DNA of 64,000 nt from Promethearchaeota archaeon (GCA_030603385.1 JAUVXW010000006.1:32001-96000); one strand, 5' to 3'; counted from the first letter of the stretch, positions 40,636 to 50,916 are shown. The notes: generated from the letters alone by a model not told the origin. Translations and numbers: made by a program.

Positions 40636-42231
40636 ATGGTGAAAACTAAGATCCACCCCCGAGAAATTTTTGAAAGAAGTAAGGAATTTGGGGCAAAAAA
40701 TTCAGCTAGTATGTTAACGGAAATAATAGAATCAGAAGTGGATGGGAATAAAATAAGAGAAGCAATTAAATATTTAGCATTAATAAGCAATAATTCTATA
40801 GAAATTAAAGATCAATGCTTTAGCACTTTTGAAAACCTATTAATTTCTGATGAGAAAGTAGAAATTAAATGTGAAGCGGCAAAGGCTTTAGGTAGAATAA
40901 AACATGAAAAGGGATTAAAACCATTAAAATGGATATTAGAACAAAAAAAAGTTGATAATCAAATAAAATTGTCAGTTTTCAAAGCAATACGGCAAATCCG
41001 ATTTCAAGAACCTGAAGTCCAACTATTTATTAATGAATTAGATAGTAATTTCAATGCAATAAAAGATTTTATTACAATCCAATTATTAAGTCTAAATCCT
41101 GAAGATCTTATAAGTCTATTATTGGATTCGTTAAAGAATAAATACTTTTCAAATGAACATAGAGCCAAATTAGTAAAATTAATTGGATATGAATTATCAA
41201 GTATTAACATTTCTTATGACGATATAAGTTATATAGAAGTAAAATATCCAGAGATTATAACTAATCTAATTCAAAATAAAAACATTTTACTCGATGTCAT
41301 TACACTCATTTTAAGAGAAGAAGATTTAGAATTGTTGAACTCTATTATTACAATCTTAAAATTAATGGGAGAAGAGATTGAGAGCGATTTAATCAAGCTA
41401 TTATTAATCGATGATTTCATTGCTAAGAAGAATGCCATTATTTTAAGTGGGAAATTAAAACTTAAGAATGCTGTAGATCTACTAATAACTAATCTAGACA
41501 ATATTTATAATGAAGTTAGTATCGCATCGATTGAAGCTTTAGGCGAAATTGGGGATATTTCCGCAGTACCTGAGCTTTTAGATATTTTGGACATCGAAGA
41601 TATAAGTTTTGAGTATACAGATTTAGATATGAAGCTTTATATCTTAGATGCGATAAAAAAAATATATTCAAATAACAAAGACGCTTCATTTGATTATTTG
41701 TATTCTTGCCTGAAAAGAGACAATAATACAATACGAGAAAGTGTTGCTTTCATTTTAGGAGAAATAGGTAATAAAGAATTTGTAGAGCCATTAGTTAATT
41801 TGCTAGATATAAGGAATATAGATGTTAGAAAAAATACTATAATTGCTTTAGGAAAAATAGGAAATCTTGCTTCATTAGAAAATTTAATTAGGATCTTAGA
41901 GGATAAAGATTCTTATTGGCTTATTAAAAAAGTGGTTGTTGATGCAATTTATAATATATTTCAAAATAATTGGTATCGGAAAAAAGACGATGAGAAAGAT
42001 GTACAGAGATTATTAAATAAAAACATTGCGGCGCTTATTGACCATTTGGGTAATGAAACAGATGAAAATTTTAAAGTAAAAATAAGCTTAATAAAACTAT
42101 TGGAAACTTATGGAGATAATCATGCTTTAAGCGCACTGATTAAAAGGGTTAACGATTTCCACAGAGTTGTGAGAATTCGTGCATCTAATGCAATAATGAA
42201 AATTGAAGAAAGGCTCGAATTAGAAAATTAA
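40636..42231 (+). CDS. HEAT-repeat protein
   Basis: Repeated AAKALGRI / SIEALGEIGD / VAFILGEIG / TIIALGKIG. Confidence 0.9.
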   Translation: MVKTKIHPREIFERSKEFGAKNSASMLTEIIESEVDGNKIREAIKYLALISNNSIEIKDQCFSTFENLLISDEKVEIKCEAAKALGRIKHEKGLKPLKWILEQKKVDNQIKLSVFKAIRQIRFQEPEVQLFINELDSNFNAIKDFITIQLLSLNPEDLISLLLDSLKNKYFSNEHRAKLVKLIGYELSSINISYDDISYIEVKYPEIITNLIQNKNILLDVITLILREEDLELLNSIITILKLMGEEIESDLIKLLLIDDFIAKKNAIILSGKLKLKNAVDLLITNLDNIYNEVSIASIEALGEIGDISAVPELLDILDIEDISFEYTDLDMKLYILDAIKKIYSNNKDASFDYLYSCLKRDNNTIRESVAFILGEIGNKEFVEPLVNLLDIRNIDVRKNTIIALGKIGNLASLENLIRILEDKDSYWLIKKVVVDAIYNIFQNNWYRKKDDEKDVQRLLNKNIAALIDHLGNETDENFKVKISLIKLLETYGDNHALSALIKRVNDFHRVVRIRASNAIMKIEERLELEN

Positions 42232-42433
42232 TACTGTTTTTACTAAATTTTATAATTATTTGTAAACTTACTTTTCCAAAAATGTCTAATTTTATTCATT
42301 CCAAAAGCAATTAGATAACTTTAATACTTCAAAAAGATATAATGTTTAAATAGGATTATTGATACATTCACTTAATTTCTCACAGAAGGTTACAAGAAAT
42401 TCAAATATTGAAAAATAATATAAAGGTGATTTT

Positions 42434-43072
42434 ATAATAAAAAAATTTAGTAAAAAAATATCGATTTTTCCAATAATTTTGCTTAGCGTAGTCATATTCG
42501 TTTCCAGTTTTCCATTAAATGCAGCAGATGCTTATTTAGTGGATGTTGGTAAGGAATGGACGTATATGACAAAAGAACAAGGCATTTCTCAAGGCACCGA
42601 AGGAATATTGATAACTTCCGTGCCCGCTCCTCCAGCTTATCCACTTGGAGATAAATATACAAACGGTACAGCAACATTATTCAATCAAGCGATAGATGAA
42701 GAATATTTAGTAAATGATACTATGATAGCCGCGTTGGAAGCAAATTTCACTATAAAAACTAGAACTTATGCTGGTGTATCTTGTAGATGTGTTTATATTC
42801 CCAAAGAAAGAGGATTTTGGTATGTTGATACTGCAACAGGAATTATAGTAGAGACTTATGATGTTTTTATTTTATTTTTTATTGAGGAGGAAATTAAGGT
42901 TCATACTTGGGTTATTTCCTGGTCAGTTACAGACATTCCAGAAGATCCAAAAGAACCCTCTACTGGTGGTGGTGATGAAATTCCAGGATATGATATTTTG
43001 TTCATTATCGGATTAATAGCTGTTATTTCAACTGTATTAACAATAGGATTTAAAAAAAAGTTTAAAACTTAA
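42434..43072 (+). CDS. Cell-surface protein with Loki-CTERM-type C-terminal sorting signal (start probably ATA at 42434/42437; track start TTG 42479)
   Basis: C-terminus IPGYDILFIIGLIAVISTVLTIGFKKKFKT; AGGTGAT RBS followed in frame by IIKKFSKKISIFPIILLSVVIF (signal-peptide n-region). Confidence 0.75.
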   Translation: MIKKFSKKISIFPIILLSVVIFVSSFPLNAADAYLVDVGKEWTYMTKEQGISQGTEGILITSVPAPPAYPLGDKYTNGTATLFNQAIDEEYLVNDTMIAALEANFTIKTRTYAGVSCRCVYIPKERGFWYVDTATGIIVETYDVFILFFIEEEIKVHTWVISWSVTDIPEDPKEPSTGGGDEIPGYDILFIIGLIAVISTVLTIGFKKKFKT

Positions 43073-43100
43073 AAATTAAATAGGTACAATTAGATTTAAT

Positions 43101-43136
43101 GGGGGATTTTTAATTCCTTCTTTTTTTTTTTTTTTT
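43101..43136 (+). terminator. Short hairpin plus T16 terminator
   Basis: GGGGGA-TTTTTAA-TTCCTT-C followed by 16 T, downstream of the Loki-CTERM gene. Confidence 0.6.
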
Positions 43137-43259
43137 GACTAAAATTTCAAAAAACAGATTTTGTTCTCTTTTAATTAATAATCTTTTTTTAAAAAAATCC
43201 ATTCTATCTTAATTAGCCTATTATCAATAAATTAAATATACAGATTACTGGAAAATAAA

Positions 43260-44753
43260 ATGACAGAGAATAATTCAGAAAAAACTGAAACTCAATATGA
43301 TTATTCCTTTGAGTATATCCAGAAGAAACTTGAAGGTAAGAAAGACAGCTTCGGCATGCTCATGAAAGAGATCGTTCGCACAGGGGTTTGTACAGAATGC
43401 GGAACTTGTGCTGCTGTTTGTCCAGTTTTGGAATGGGATCATATAGCAGGACAACCAAAACTTATAGGTAAATGTACTGGTTGCGGAATATGTTATAATC
43501 AATGCCCACGGACTATTACTGATCCATATATTTTAATGGGGGAGTTTAGAACAGGATATGTCGCAAATACCAATATTCCAGAAGTAATTGGAGGTCAGGA
43601 TGGAGGAACAGTGACAAGTATACTTTGCTATTTATTTGATGAACATTTAATTGATGCCGCGGTCGTAACAATGAAAGATCCTAGTAACCCGTGGCATCCG
43701 GTTGCTCAAATCATTACAAGTAAAGAAGATGCCATTAAGTCTTCAGGATCTATTTATAGTCACTCCCAAACAGTTGAGGCCCTAATGGATGCTATTCGAC
43801 AGGATTTTAGATCAATAGCATTCGTAGGCACCCCGTGTAATATAGATGCTGTGAAAAAAATGTTCGATAGCCCTACTGGAATGTTGAAATATTTCATGCG
43901 TGCTCATGTCCTTTCCATCGGACTTTTCTGCATGGATTCATTTGCACCTGAAGTAATTTATCCATTTTTTGAAAAAGATGGCATTGATTTATCAAAAGTA
44001 CAAAAAATGGATATTAACAAAGGTAAATTTCATTTATATTATGATCCACAAGCAGAACCCGTAAAATCATATACAATCAAACAATTGGACAAGTTTAAAG
44101 CCTCAAGTTGTAATTTCTGTACAGATCTTACAGCTGAAAATGCAGATATATCAGTTGGATCAGTTGGAAGTGGAGCAAATAAAAATACCGTGTTTGCCCG
44201 AACTGGAATTGGCACAGAAATTATGGAAGACGCTGCGGAGAAAGGATACTTAAAAATAGAACCATTTAATGCGATTAATCTAAATGCTGTATTATTCTTA
44301 GCTAAGCTTAAAAAAGTTTCTCAATATAACATTCAAAAAAGAAAGGTATTTATAGTGAGAGATCTGGCTGAGAAAGAAGAAGCAAGAATCGAAACTAAAC
44401 CAGAAGCAGAGCAAATATCTGTTAAACCTCCGCTTGGAACAAGAAAATTTCTCAGTGTTTCAAAGACTTTAAATGAAGTAGACCAGATATTATCTCTCTC
44501 TCTAACAAATACAATAGGTTATGTATTAGAAGACCTTAAAATACGTGTTGTTACTGTCGAGGAACTCTTTGAGAAAAGACCCTGGATTACAACTATTAAG
44601 GAATTATTTCCATTCGAAACAATTGAAATAGGATACCCTTTAGAAATAAAGGAAGGTGAACCAATCGTAGCAAATATATTAGTAGACGCATCAACTGAAA
44701 CTTTTGGCAAGATTTTTTCCAGAACTTTTAAATTAGCACCAAAAGAAGACTAA
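43260..44753 (+). CDS. FrhB/FdhB-family protein with C-terminal Ig-like extension
   Basis: CTECGTCAAVCP, QDGGTVT, VGTPC, GLFCMD, CNFCTD, DISVGSVG; about 130 extra C-terminal residues. Confidence 0.88.
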   Translation: MTENNSEKTETQYDYSFEYIQKKLEGKKDSFGMLMKEIVRTGVCTECGTCAAVCPVLEWDHIAGQPKLIGKCTGCGICYNQCPRTITDPYILMGEFRTGYVANTNIPEVIGGQDGGTVTSILCYLFDEHLIDAAVVTMKDPSNPWHPVAQIITSKEDAIKSSGSIYSHSQTVEALMDAIRQDFRSIAFVGTPCNIDAVKKMFDSPTGMLKYFMRAHVLSIGLFCMDSFAPEVIYPFFEKDGIDLSKVQKMDINKGKFHLYYDPQAEPVKSYTIKQLDKFKASSCNFCTDLTAENADISVGSVGSGANKNTVFARTGIGTEIMEDAAEKGYLKIEPFNAINLNAVLFLAKLKKVSQYNIQKRKVFIVRDLAEKEEARIETKPEAEQISVKPPLGTRKFLSVSKTLNEVDQILSLSLTNTIGYVLEDLKIRVVTVEELFEKRPWITTIKELFPFETIEIGYPLEIKEGEPIVANILVDASTETFGKIFSRTFKLAPKED

Positions 44754-44831
44754 ATAAAATTTTATTAGAAAAGTTTAATGAAATAAATTATTATAAAAAT
44801 TAAAAACAGAAAAGAAAAAAGGTGAAAAACC

Positions 44832-45740
44832 ATAAAAATTTCTTTAGTGGGATTAAGTGGTTGTGGAAAGACAAGTGTCTATTCGGTCGCGTTTGCAGCG
44901 AAATCTCCGGAAGACACAAAGGGATTAAGCCCGACTATATTATATGAAACTCGAAGGCATCCATTCCTTGGATTACAGGTTGGAATCTTTGATTTTGGGG
45001 GACAGGAGGAATTCAGGAAAGAATATCTCGAAAAACCTGAGATTTTTCGAGGGACAGACGTTCTCATTCCGATCGTTGATTTACATGAACCTAATACTTT
45101 CGAAGAAGCAAAAGAATATTTCATTGATTTACTAGATCTCTATCGAAAAAATAATGAAAAACCTAGAGTCTTCCTATTTTTACATAAATATGATGTTGAA
45201 GATTATCAGAAAGAGCTTCTCGATACTAACGTAAGAAGATCAAAAGAAATCTTCTTAGATATATTTAAGGACTACGATTTTGATTTTATGCTTACAAGTA
45301 TCTATGAACAGGATAAATTAGCTAAAGTGTTTAGAGATATCTTAATATCACAATATGCTGAATTAAAGGATCATGTAGAAAAGGCAGAGAAACAACTTGA
45401 TGATATTAAAGCTAAAGTAATTATCGCGGATATTTCTGGTAATGTAATAGTTCATAATGTTCAAGGAGTAAGCAGTGGTTTAACTTTAAGAGGGGATCTA
45501 AGAGATTTTATTAATGCTTGTAATACTGTTAGAGAAAATATTTTTATGTCAGACTCAGCAAAGTTTGGAGGTAGAGACGGTGATGGTAAAGAAATTGAGC
45601 TTCATATCTTTAAATATATCATATCGGTGATGGTAATGAAATCTGGAGATTTAGATAGAGATTCTCAGGATAAATTGAATATATTATTAAATGATATGAA
45701 ATTATTTGCTGATCTTATTATTTCAGCTCATACAGATTAA
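44832..45740 (+). CDS. Rag/Gtr-like GTPase with C-terminal roadblock-like domain (start probably ATA 44832; track start GTG 44847)
   Basis: KISLVGLSGCGKTS, SPT, DFGGQ, HKYD (Rag-type G4), TSIY; C-terminal VIIADISGNVI. Confidence 0.85.
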   Translation: MKISLVGLSGCGKTSVYSVAFAAKSPEDTKGLSPTILYETRRHPFLGLQVGIFDFGGQEEFRKEYLEKPEIFRGTDVLIPIVDLHEPNTFEEAKEYFIDLLDLYRKNNEKPRVFLFLHKYDVEDYQKELLDTNVRRSKEIFLDIFKDYDFDFMLTSIYEQDKLAKVFRDILISQYAELKDHVEKAEKQLDDIKAKVIIADISGNVIVHNVQGVSSGLTLRGDLRDFINACNTVRENIFMSDSAKFGGRDGDGKEIELHIFKYIISVMVMKSGDLDRDSQDKLNILLNDMKLFADLIISAHTD

Positions 45741-45823
45741 TGTAAATAGATGTAACGGCAAAATTTTTTCCTTATTCTTTATTTTTTTATCGATTATTAT
45801 ATCTTTCAAGTTCATATAAAATT

Positions 45824-46162
45824 CTATAAATTTTTTCTAATTTTATCAAGAGTTTCTTTTGTTTCAGGTGATCTTTCAAAGGATTTATCAAGTTCCTCAC
45901 ATGGATAATGAATACAATAAGCACAATTCCTTACTTTTTTACCCATAACACATTTTCGAATTGGACAAATATCACACCAACTAAAGCGTTGCCCATCTTC
46001 GGTACAACCAACACAGTCAATTTCTTCCGGGTTAAACTTTATCTCATCATTAGACCATTCAGAAGCAATTCGTTCTAAGGCTTTATTATCACCTTGTTGA
46101 GTTGCAATATAAGCAGGGCATGCAAGGCAGTCTAATCCGCAAAACGAAATCTTTTCATCCAT
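45824..46162 (-). CDS. DUF3795-family Cys-rich protein
   Basis: CGLDCLACP, CVGC, CPIRKC, CAYC..YPC. Confidence 0.85.
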   Translation of the reverse strand: MDEKISFCGLDCLACPAYIATQQGDNKALERIASEWSNDEIKFNPEEIDCVGCTEDGQRFSWCDICPIRKCVMGKKVRNCAYCIHYPCEELDKSFERSPETKETLDKIRKNL

Positions 46163-46294
46163 AATTTACTCAGGCTCAACAGCATTATTTTGAAGAAAAA
46201 TTAGTTTTTATTATAAATTTAAGGAATCATATATATTATTTTTATGGCAATATTTACATGTAATTATATTGCTACTAACATTAGATAGGTAACG

Positions 46295-46894
46295 ATGAAA
46301 ATGGTACAACGTTGCGAATGGGCTGAATTCAATGATTTAATGAAAAAATATCACGATAAAGAGTGGTGTACACCAATTCATAATGATCGAATTCTTTTTG
46401 AATTCTTAATGTTGGAAGGGGCTCAAGCAGGCTTAAGTTGGAATACAATCTTGCAAAAGCGTGAAAATTTCAGAAAGGTATTTGATGGTTTTGATTATAA
46501 AACAATAGCTAAATATAATGAGAAAAAAGTAGAAGAATTACTTAATGATACAGGTATTATAAGAAATAGACTTAAAATCGAAGCTGCCATTTCTAATGCT
46601 AAGGCTTTGTTAGAAGTTCAAAATGAGTTTGGTTCTTTTAGTAATTATATATGGAAATTTGTAAATGATAAACCAATAATTAATAAATTTAAAACTTTAG
46701 AAGAATTACCCTCAAAAACAGAGCAATCAGAGTTAATAAGTAAGGATCTAAAGAAACGAGGATTCAAATTTGTTGGGCCAACAATAATTTATAGTTTTAT
46801 GCAAGCAGTAGGAATGACAAATGATCATACAACTGATTGTTTTAGATATAAAGAGATAAACAAAACTACCAAAAATAATGCTAGAATCAATTAG
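46295..46894 (+). CDS. tag: DNA-3-methyladenine glycosylase I
   Basis: RCEW, YHDKEW, LEGAQAGLSW, IIRNRLKI, FKFVGPT, NDH...C. Confidence 0.95.
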   Translation: MKMVQRCEWAEFNDLMKKYHDKEWCTPIHNDRILFEFLMLEGAQAGLSWNTILQKRENFRKVFDGFDYKTIAKYNEKKVEELLNDTGIIRNRLKIEAAISNAKALLEVQNEFGSFSNYIWKFVNDKPIINKFKTLEELPSKTEQSELISKDLKKRGFKFVGPTIIYSFMQAVGMTNDHTTDCFRYKEINKTTKNNARIN

Positions 46895-47052
46895 ATTCAA
46901 TATTTTAATTTTTAATGAAATTTATGAAAATTTATGTATTTAATCTTTGCTTTATTTATTTCCAATTTTGGATAAAAGATAGAGATCAAAGAATTATTGA
47001 GAATTTAATAAGAAAGTTTTTATTTATTTTAAATAGATTGTAAAGTGATTAT

Positions 47053-47244
47053 ATGAGATGCGAGGGCTGCCTCAAGAGAGAGAATTTATTTATGTGTTTT
47101 TTTACTGATAGAAGTAAGGAAGTATATTACTGTGCTAAGTGTTTGGGTAAGTTATTAATAGAAAATCCGCATCCAATTTATAACATGAGTAAACTTCAGT
47201 ATACTTGGAATAAAACTGAAGCTCCTAAAAAAGAATCAAACTAA
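47053..47244 (+). CDS. Small CxxC...CxxC zinc-finger protein
   Basis: CEGC...YYCAKC; fills the intergenic gap. Confidence 0.55.
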   Translation: MRCEGCLKRENLFMCFFTDRSKEVYYCAKCLGKLLIENPHPIYNMSKLQYTWNKTEAPKKESN

Positions 47245-47264
47245 ATTTCACTTTTCTCAAGTTA

Positions 47265-47993
47265 TTAGTCTGTGTTTAAGATTAATTTATTTAAATCTTC
47301 AAGGGTTCCACGGTAATCTGGCTCAGGAATATTGATTTCTAATTTAGTGTAGGGGTTATCTACTAAAAAAGTGTGAATCCCTAAACGTGCCGAGATTAAA
47401 TCTTTATCTTCATCACCAACCATCAAACAAGCTTCTGCGGGATAACCAATTTTATTTAATGTTTGTTCATAATAAAGCAGGTTGGAAGTTGATTTGGTTG
47501 CATAGCTGTTTTCAATTGTTGTTATCAAACGATATGGAAAATCTACAACTCCTGCCCATTCTAGACGTTGTTCAATAGCAATTGCGGGAAGAAGAGGTGT
47601 AGTAGCGATAACAATATCATAACCTTTATCTAAAACTGCTTGAATAACTTTTCGTGCCTCTGGTTTTCTACGTGCATACTGACGCAACTTAGGAAAATCT
47701 TGTTCATAAAACTTGTCGAAGTATGGGTCAAGTTCTTCACGAGAGTATCCTTCCAAAGGGAAGAATGTATTTTCATAAACCTCCTCGTTTGTTAGACAAC
47801 CATCATTTTCTTCTACTGCTTTCGAAGCTTTCAAAATTTTTGCTATGAATTTTTTTGGAGAAATGAGATGAGCTACGCTCTGAGAAAGAAGTCTTAAGTA
47901 TTGAGATACAAACATATCTAAATTAATTTCAAGCAGAGTGCCATCTAGGTCAAATAGTATAGCTTTGATATTCTTGTCTAGAGATTCCTTCAT
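47265..47993 (-). CDS. HAD-superfamily hydrolase
   Basis: LFDLDGTL, ATT, K, MVGD. Confidence 0.9.
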   Translation of the reverse strand: MKESLDKNIKAILFDLDGTLLEINLDMFVSQYLRLLSQSVAHLISPKKFIAKILKASKAVEENDGCLTNEEVYENTFFPLEGYSREELDPYFDKFYEQDFPKLRQYARRKPEARKVIQAVLDKGYDIVIATTPLLPAIAIEQRLEWAGVVDFPYRLITTIENSYATKSTSNLLYYEQTLNKIGYPAEACLMVGDEDKDLISARLGIHTFLVDNPYTKLEINIPEPDYRGTLEDLNKLILNTD

Positions 47994-48261
47994 TATTTAA
48001 TAATACAGTATGATCTTTTGTTATAGTAATTACATATAGTAATTGAGCCTATTTACTTTTTCGCAATTCTTAATTTTCATTTCATAGAAATCTGCAATGA
48101 ACGAAAGTAAATAAAAAAGTTAACAAATTTGATAAAAAATCTTAAATAAAAAAAGGATTTACCTATATCGTCAAATCTTAACAATTGATAATAAAAAGTT
48201 TTTATAAAAATCTATCTTTTTATAAAATTAATATAAAAAATTACAAAGAATCTTTTTAGAC

Positions 48262-49476
48262 TTGGTAAAATTACAGTTAACTGATTTAAATAAAGGGTCT
48301 GTATTCATTGGGGATAAACTAAATATCAAAACTCAATTCAAATTCGAAGAAGATACTGATATTTTATGGAGTGGCATTAGATTAATAACAAATCCTCCTT
48401 GTCTAAAAGAAGTACAAGTCTCAAAAGAAGAGATTTTTTCAAAAGGACACTTTGAAGCAGGAGAGTATATTAGAGAGAAATCTATTCTAATCAAAACTAA
48501 CGTTGTACCCACAATTAAAAACAGAAACTTAAATTATTACTTAAAATTGATCCTAAGACAACCTAATCCTCTTAATCCAGAAGATGATTTAGTTATTAAT
48601 AAATCCCATGATATAGAGATAAAAGCAAAAGAATCAGGTTTCCAAGCAAAAATTCCAAAACCGATCTCTTTTTCTATCTCAGGATTAAATATTTTACTTA
48701 GTAAGGATGTATTTAAACCTGGAGAAACGATTAAAATCAACTTTTCTTCAGAAGAACTAAGAGAACTCGAAGTAAGGTTATTGCAAGATGCAAATGTTGT
48801 TTGTCATTGCGAGGCGTATGGGCAAACTTGTAGTAAAGTAGATGAATTACCCCCCGCTATCGCTGGGGATGTTCGAACTACTAATTTTGAAAAAGACTTT
48901 CTATTACTTAAAGTTCCTGAGATTGCTGAACCATCCTATAATTATATTTATTCCCCATCTGAAAAAGAACAATTTGGCTTTAGATACGGAGCATACACAC
49001 AATGGAGTTTATTATTCATTGGAAAAAAGAAACCTGAATATGGTATAGAACCGGTTAGATTTGAAGTCCCTATATCTATAGCATCTACTCCCTTGGTTGA
49101 AGAGAAGGTAGGTGTAGACTTATTTACGGGAGAAACTTCTGGAGTATCATCCTTATTTGATGGGATATCTTCTAAGTTTCAAAAAACCTATAAGGTTATT
49201 TCGATTGATTCTGACATTGATAAATATAAATTAAGGATTAAGAATATCTCTAAAGAGGATCTTCATGGAGTTGCGGTTAAGATTTTAGGATTACAGGAGG
49301 GTTTATTTGAGACATCACCAAGTTTAACTGGTTTTAATATTTGGAAAAAGGGTGAAGAAAAAGAAATAGTCTATGAGATTAAGCAAGATATTTCAGCGCT
49401 TATTTTAATAATAGAAGATAATACCCAACAGAGTATTAGGATTCAATCACCCGTATCAACTACAAGCTTTTTCTAA
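48262..49476 (+). CDS. Arrestin/Vps26-like beta-sandwich protein with an extra C-terminal Ig-like domain
   Basis: Arrestin_N-like GHFEAGEY...VVPT...NYYLKL; Arrestin_C-like LSKDVFKPGETIKI...LEVRLLQ...LKVP..AEPS...FEVPISI. Confidence 0.6.
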   Translation: MVKLQLTDLNKGSVFIGDKLNIKTQFKFEEDTDILWSGIRLITNPPCLKEVQVSKEEIFSKGHFEAGEYIREKSILIKTNVVPTIKNRNLNYYLKLILRQPNPLNPEDDLVINKSHDIEIKAKESGFQAKIPKPISFSISGLNILLSKDVFKPGETIKINFSSEELRELEVRLLQDANVVCHCEAYGQTCSKVDELPPAIAGDVRTTNFEKDFLLLKVPEIAEPSYNYIYSPSEKEQFGFRYGAYTQWSLLFIGKKKPEYGIEPVRFEVPISIASTPLVEEKVGVDLFTGETSGVSSLFDGISSKFQKTYKVISIDSDIDKYKLRIKNISKEDLHGVAVKILGLQEGLFETSPSLTGFNIWKKGEEKEIVYEIKQDISALILIIEDNTQQSIRIQSPVSTTSFF

Positions 49477-49494
49477 AAACATTATTAGTGTAAA

Positions 49495-50088
49495 TTAATT
49501 TATTGCTGAGATTAATTTATGGTCATAATATTTTTTCAGGATTAACCTTAGAATATCTTCGAAGCATTCTAAAATCCCTTCTCCGCTTATAGCAATAGTA
49601 TACTTTGAATCTATATTTTTATATTTATGAAAATCAATCTGTTTTAAGAATCTTGTTGAAGCAAATTTATTTGGCAAATCTTGTTTATTAAAAGCAACTA
49701 AAATTGGGAGATCATCAAGTGAATCACCAAAGTAAGAGATTAATTCCCTCCATGAAATCATATTTCGTTCATAAACTTCTCTTTGTGAGTCGAGAACAAA
49801 TATAATACCATCTACAGCTTTTAAGGTAATTGGTCTAGTTATTAAATAGAAATTTTGACCTGTAGTAGTATAAACGCTAATTTTAAGAATCCAATCTTGA
49901 TTTTGAAAGGAAACTGTTCCATAATCAAAAAATAGAGTCCGATTTAATGTACTTTCAATACTAAGAATCTTTTCTTCTTTCCCAAAATGAGAAAATAACG
50001 TTTTAATTGATGTAGTCTTTCCTGATAACGCCGGTCCAAAATAAACTATTTTAATACATATTGTCTTATCAACATGATCTATAATCAA
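49495..50088 (-). CDS. MglA-like small GTPase
   Basis: KIVYFGPALSGKTT, RTLFFD, TTTGQ, DGIIFVLDS, NKQD. Confidence 0.88.
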   Translation of the reverse strand: MIIDHVDKTICIKIVYFGPALSGKTTSIKTLFSHFGKEEKILSIESTLNRTLFFDYGTVSFQNQDWILKISVYTTTGQNFYLITRPITLKAVDGIIFVLDSQREVYERNMISWRELISYFGDSLDDLPILVAFNKQDLPNKFASTRFLKQIDFHKYKNIDSKYTIAISGEGILECFEDILRLILKKYYDHKLISAIN

Positions 50089-50204
50089 ATAAAAAACAAC
50101 TTGATCTTTTTTTGATCATTAATTTTAAAATAGATTTAAAAAAACCAATAATTTTTTATCAGATTTTAGATATAAAAAGGAAAAAATAGATTTTAAACTT
50201 CATT

Positions 50205-50603
50205 TTATTGTGGAACAGATTTTAAGATTATTGTATCTTTATCGATTTTACAATATAACTTATTTCTTAATATTAAAAGCTCAACTTCTCTTCTCAAAAT
50301 TTGGTCATTGAGGTTTAAATTATATTTGTCTTTTAACTCTTGATTGAGTTCTTCAAAGGAGATTGATTTCTTTTTATCCGAAATGTTTTTGAGATGGTTA
50401 AGAATTATTTGTTGATTATAAACTGACCTACAGTTGGAATCTAGTTGATATAGTTGATGTATTACATCGTAATTATAGTCGTATCCGCTATTTTTTTCAG
50501 TTTTTTTTAATTTATCTAAAATTTGTATCGCATCAAAATAATTCTCTTGAGTCATTAATCCCCTTACATCATTCAATTTTTCAATGAATTCTTTAGGATT
50601 CAT
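50205..50603 (-). CDS. Small helical plus PCI-like winged-helix protein
   Basis: ISFEELNQEL...ILRREVELLILRNKLYCKIDKDTIIL resembles a PCI-domain C-terminus. Confidence 0.5.
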   Translation of the reverse strand: MNPKEFIEKLNDVRGLMTQENYFDAIQILDKLKKTEKNSGYDYNYDVIHQLYQLDSNCRSVYNQQIILNHLKNISDKKKSISFEELNQELKDKYNLNLNDQILRREVELLILRNKLYCKIDKDTIILKSVPQ

Positions 50604-50685
50604 GATAATTATTAAATTTAAATTATTGATCAGTCAAATTTGATTTAAAAAGGGGAAAATAAAAAATTTAATTTTTATAGATTCG

Positions 50686-50916
50686 TTAAAATGGAACACT
50701 GATTACTTCTTTAACTTCTGGAATGTGTGTTTTTAAAGCTCGTTCAATACCGAACTTCACTGTTTGTTGGCTCATTGGACATCCAGCGCAATGACCCATT
50801 AAGCGAACTTTAACAGTTCCATCGTCTTCCACTGAAACTAACTCGACGTCGCCTCCATCCATTTGTAATTGAGGACGAATCTTCTCAAGGATTGCCTTAA
50901 CTTTTTCTTTATCCAT
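50686..50916 (-). CDS. NifU-like (Nfu) Fe-S scaffold protein
   Basis: IRPQLQMDGGDVEL...GHCAGCP. Confidence 0.93.
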   Translation of the reverse strand: MDKEKVKAILEKIRPQLQMDGGDVELVSVEDDGTVKVRLMGHCAGCPMSQQTVKFGIERALKTHIPEVKEVISVPF

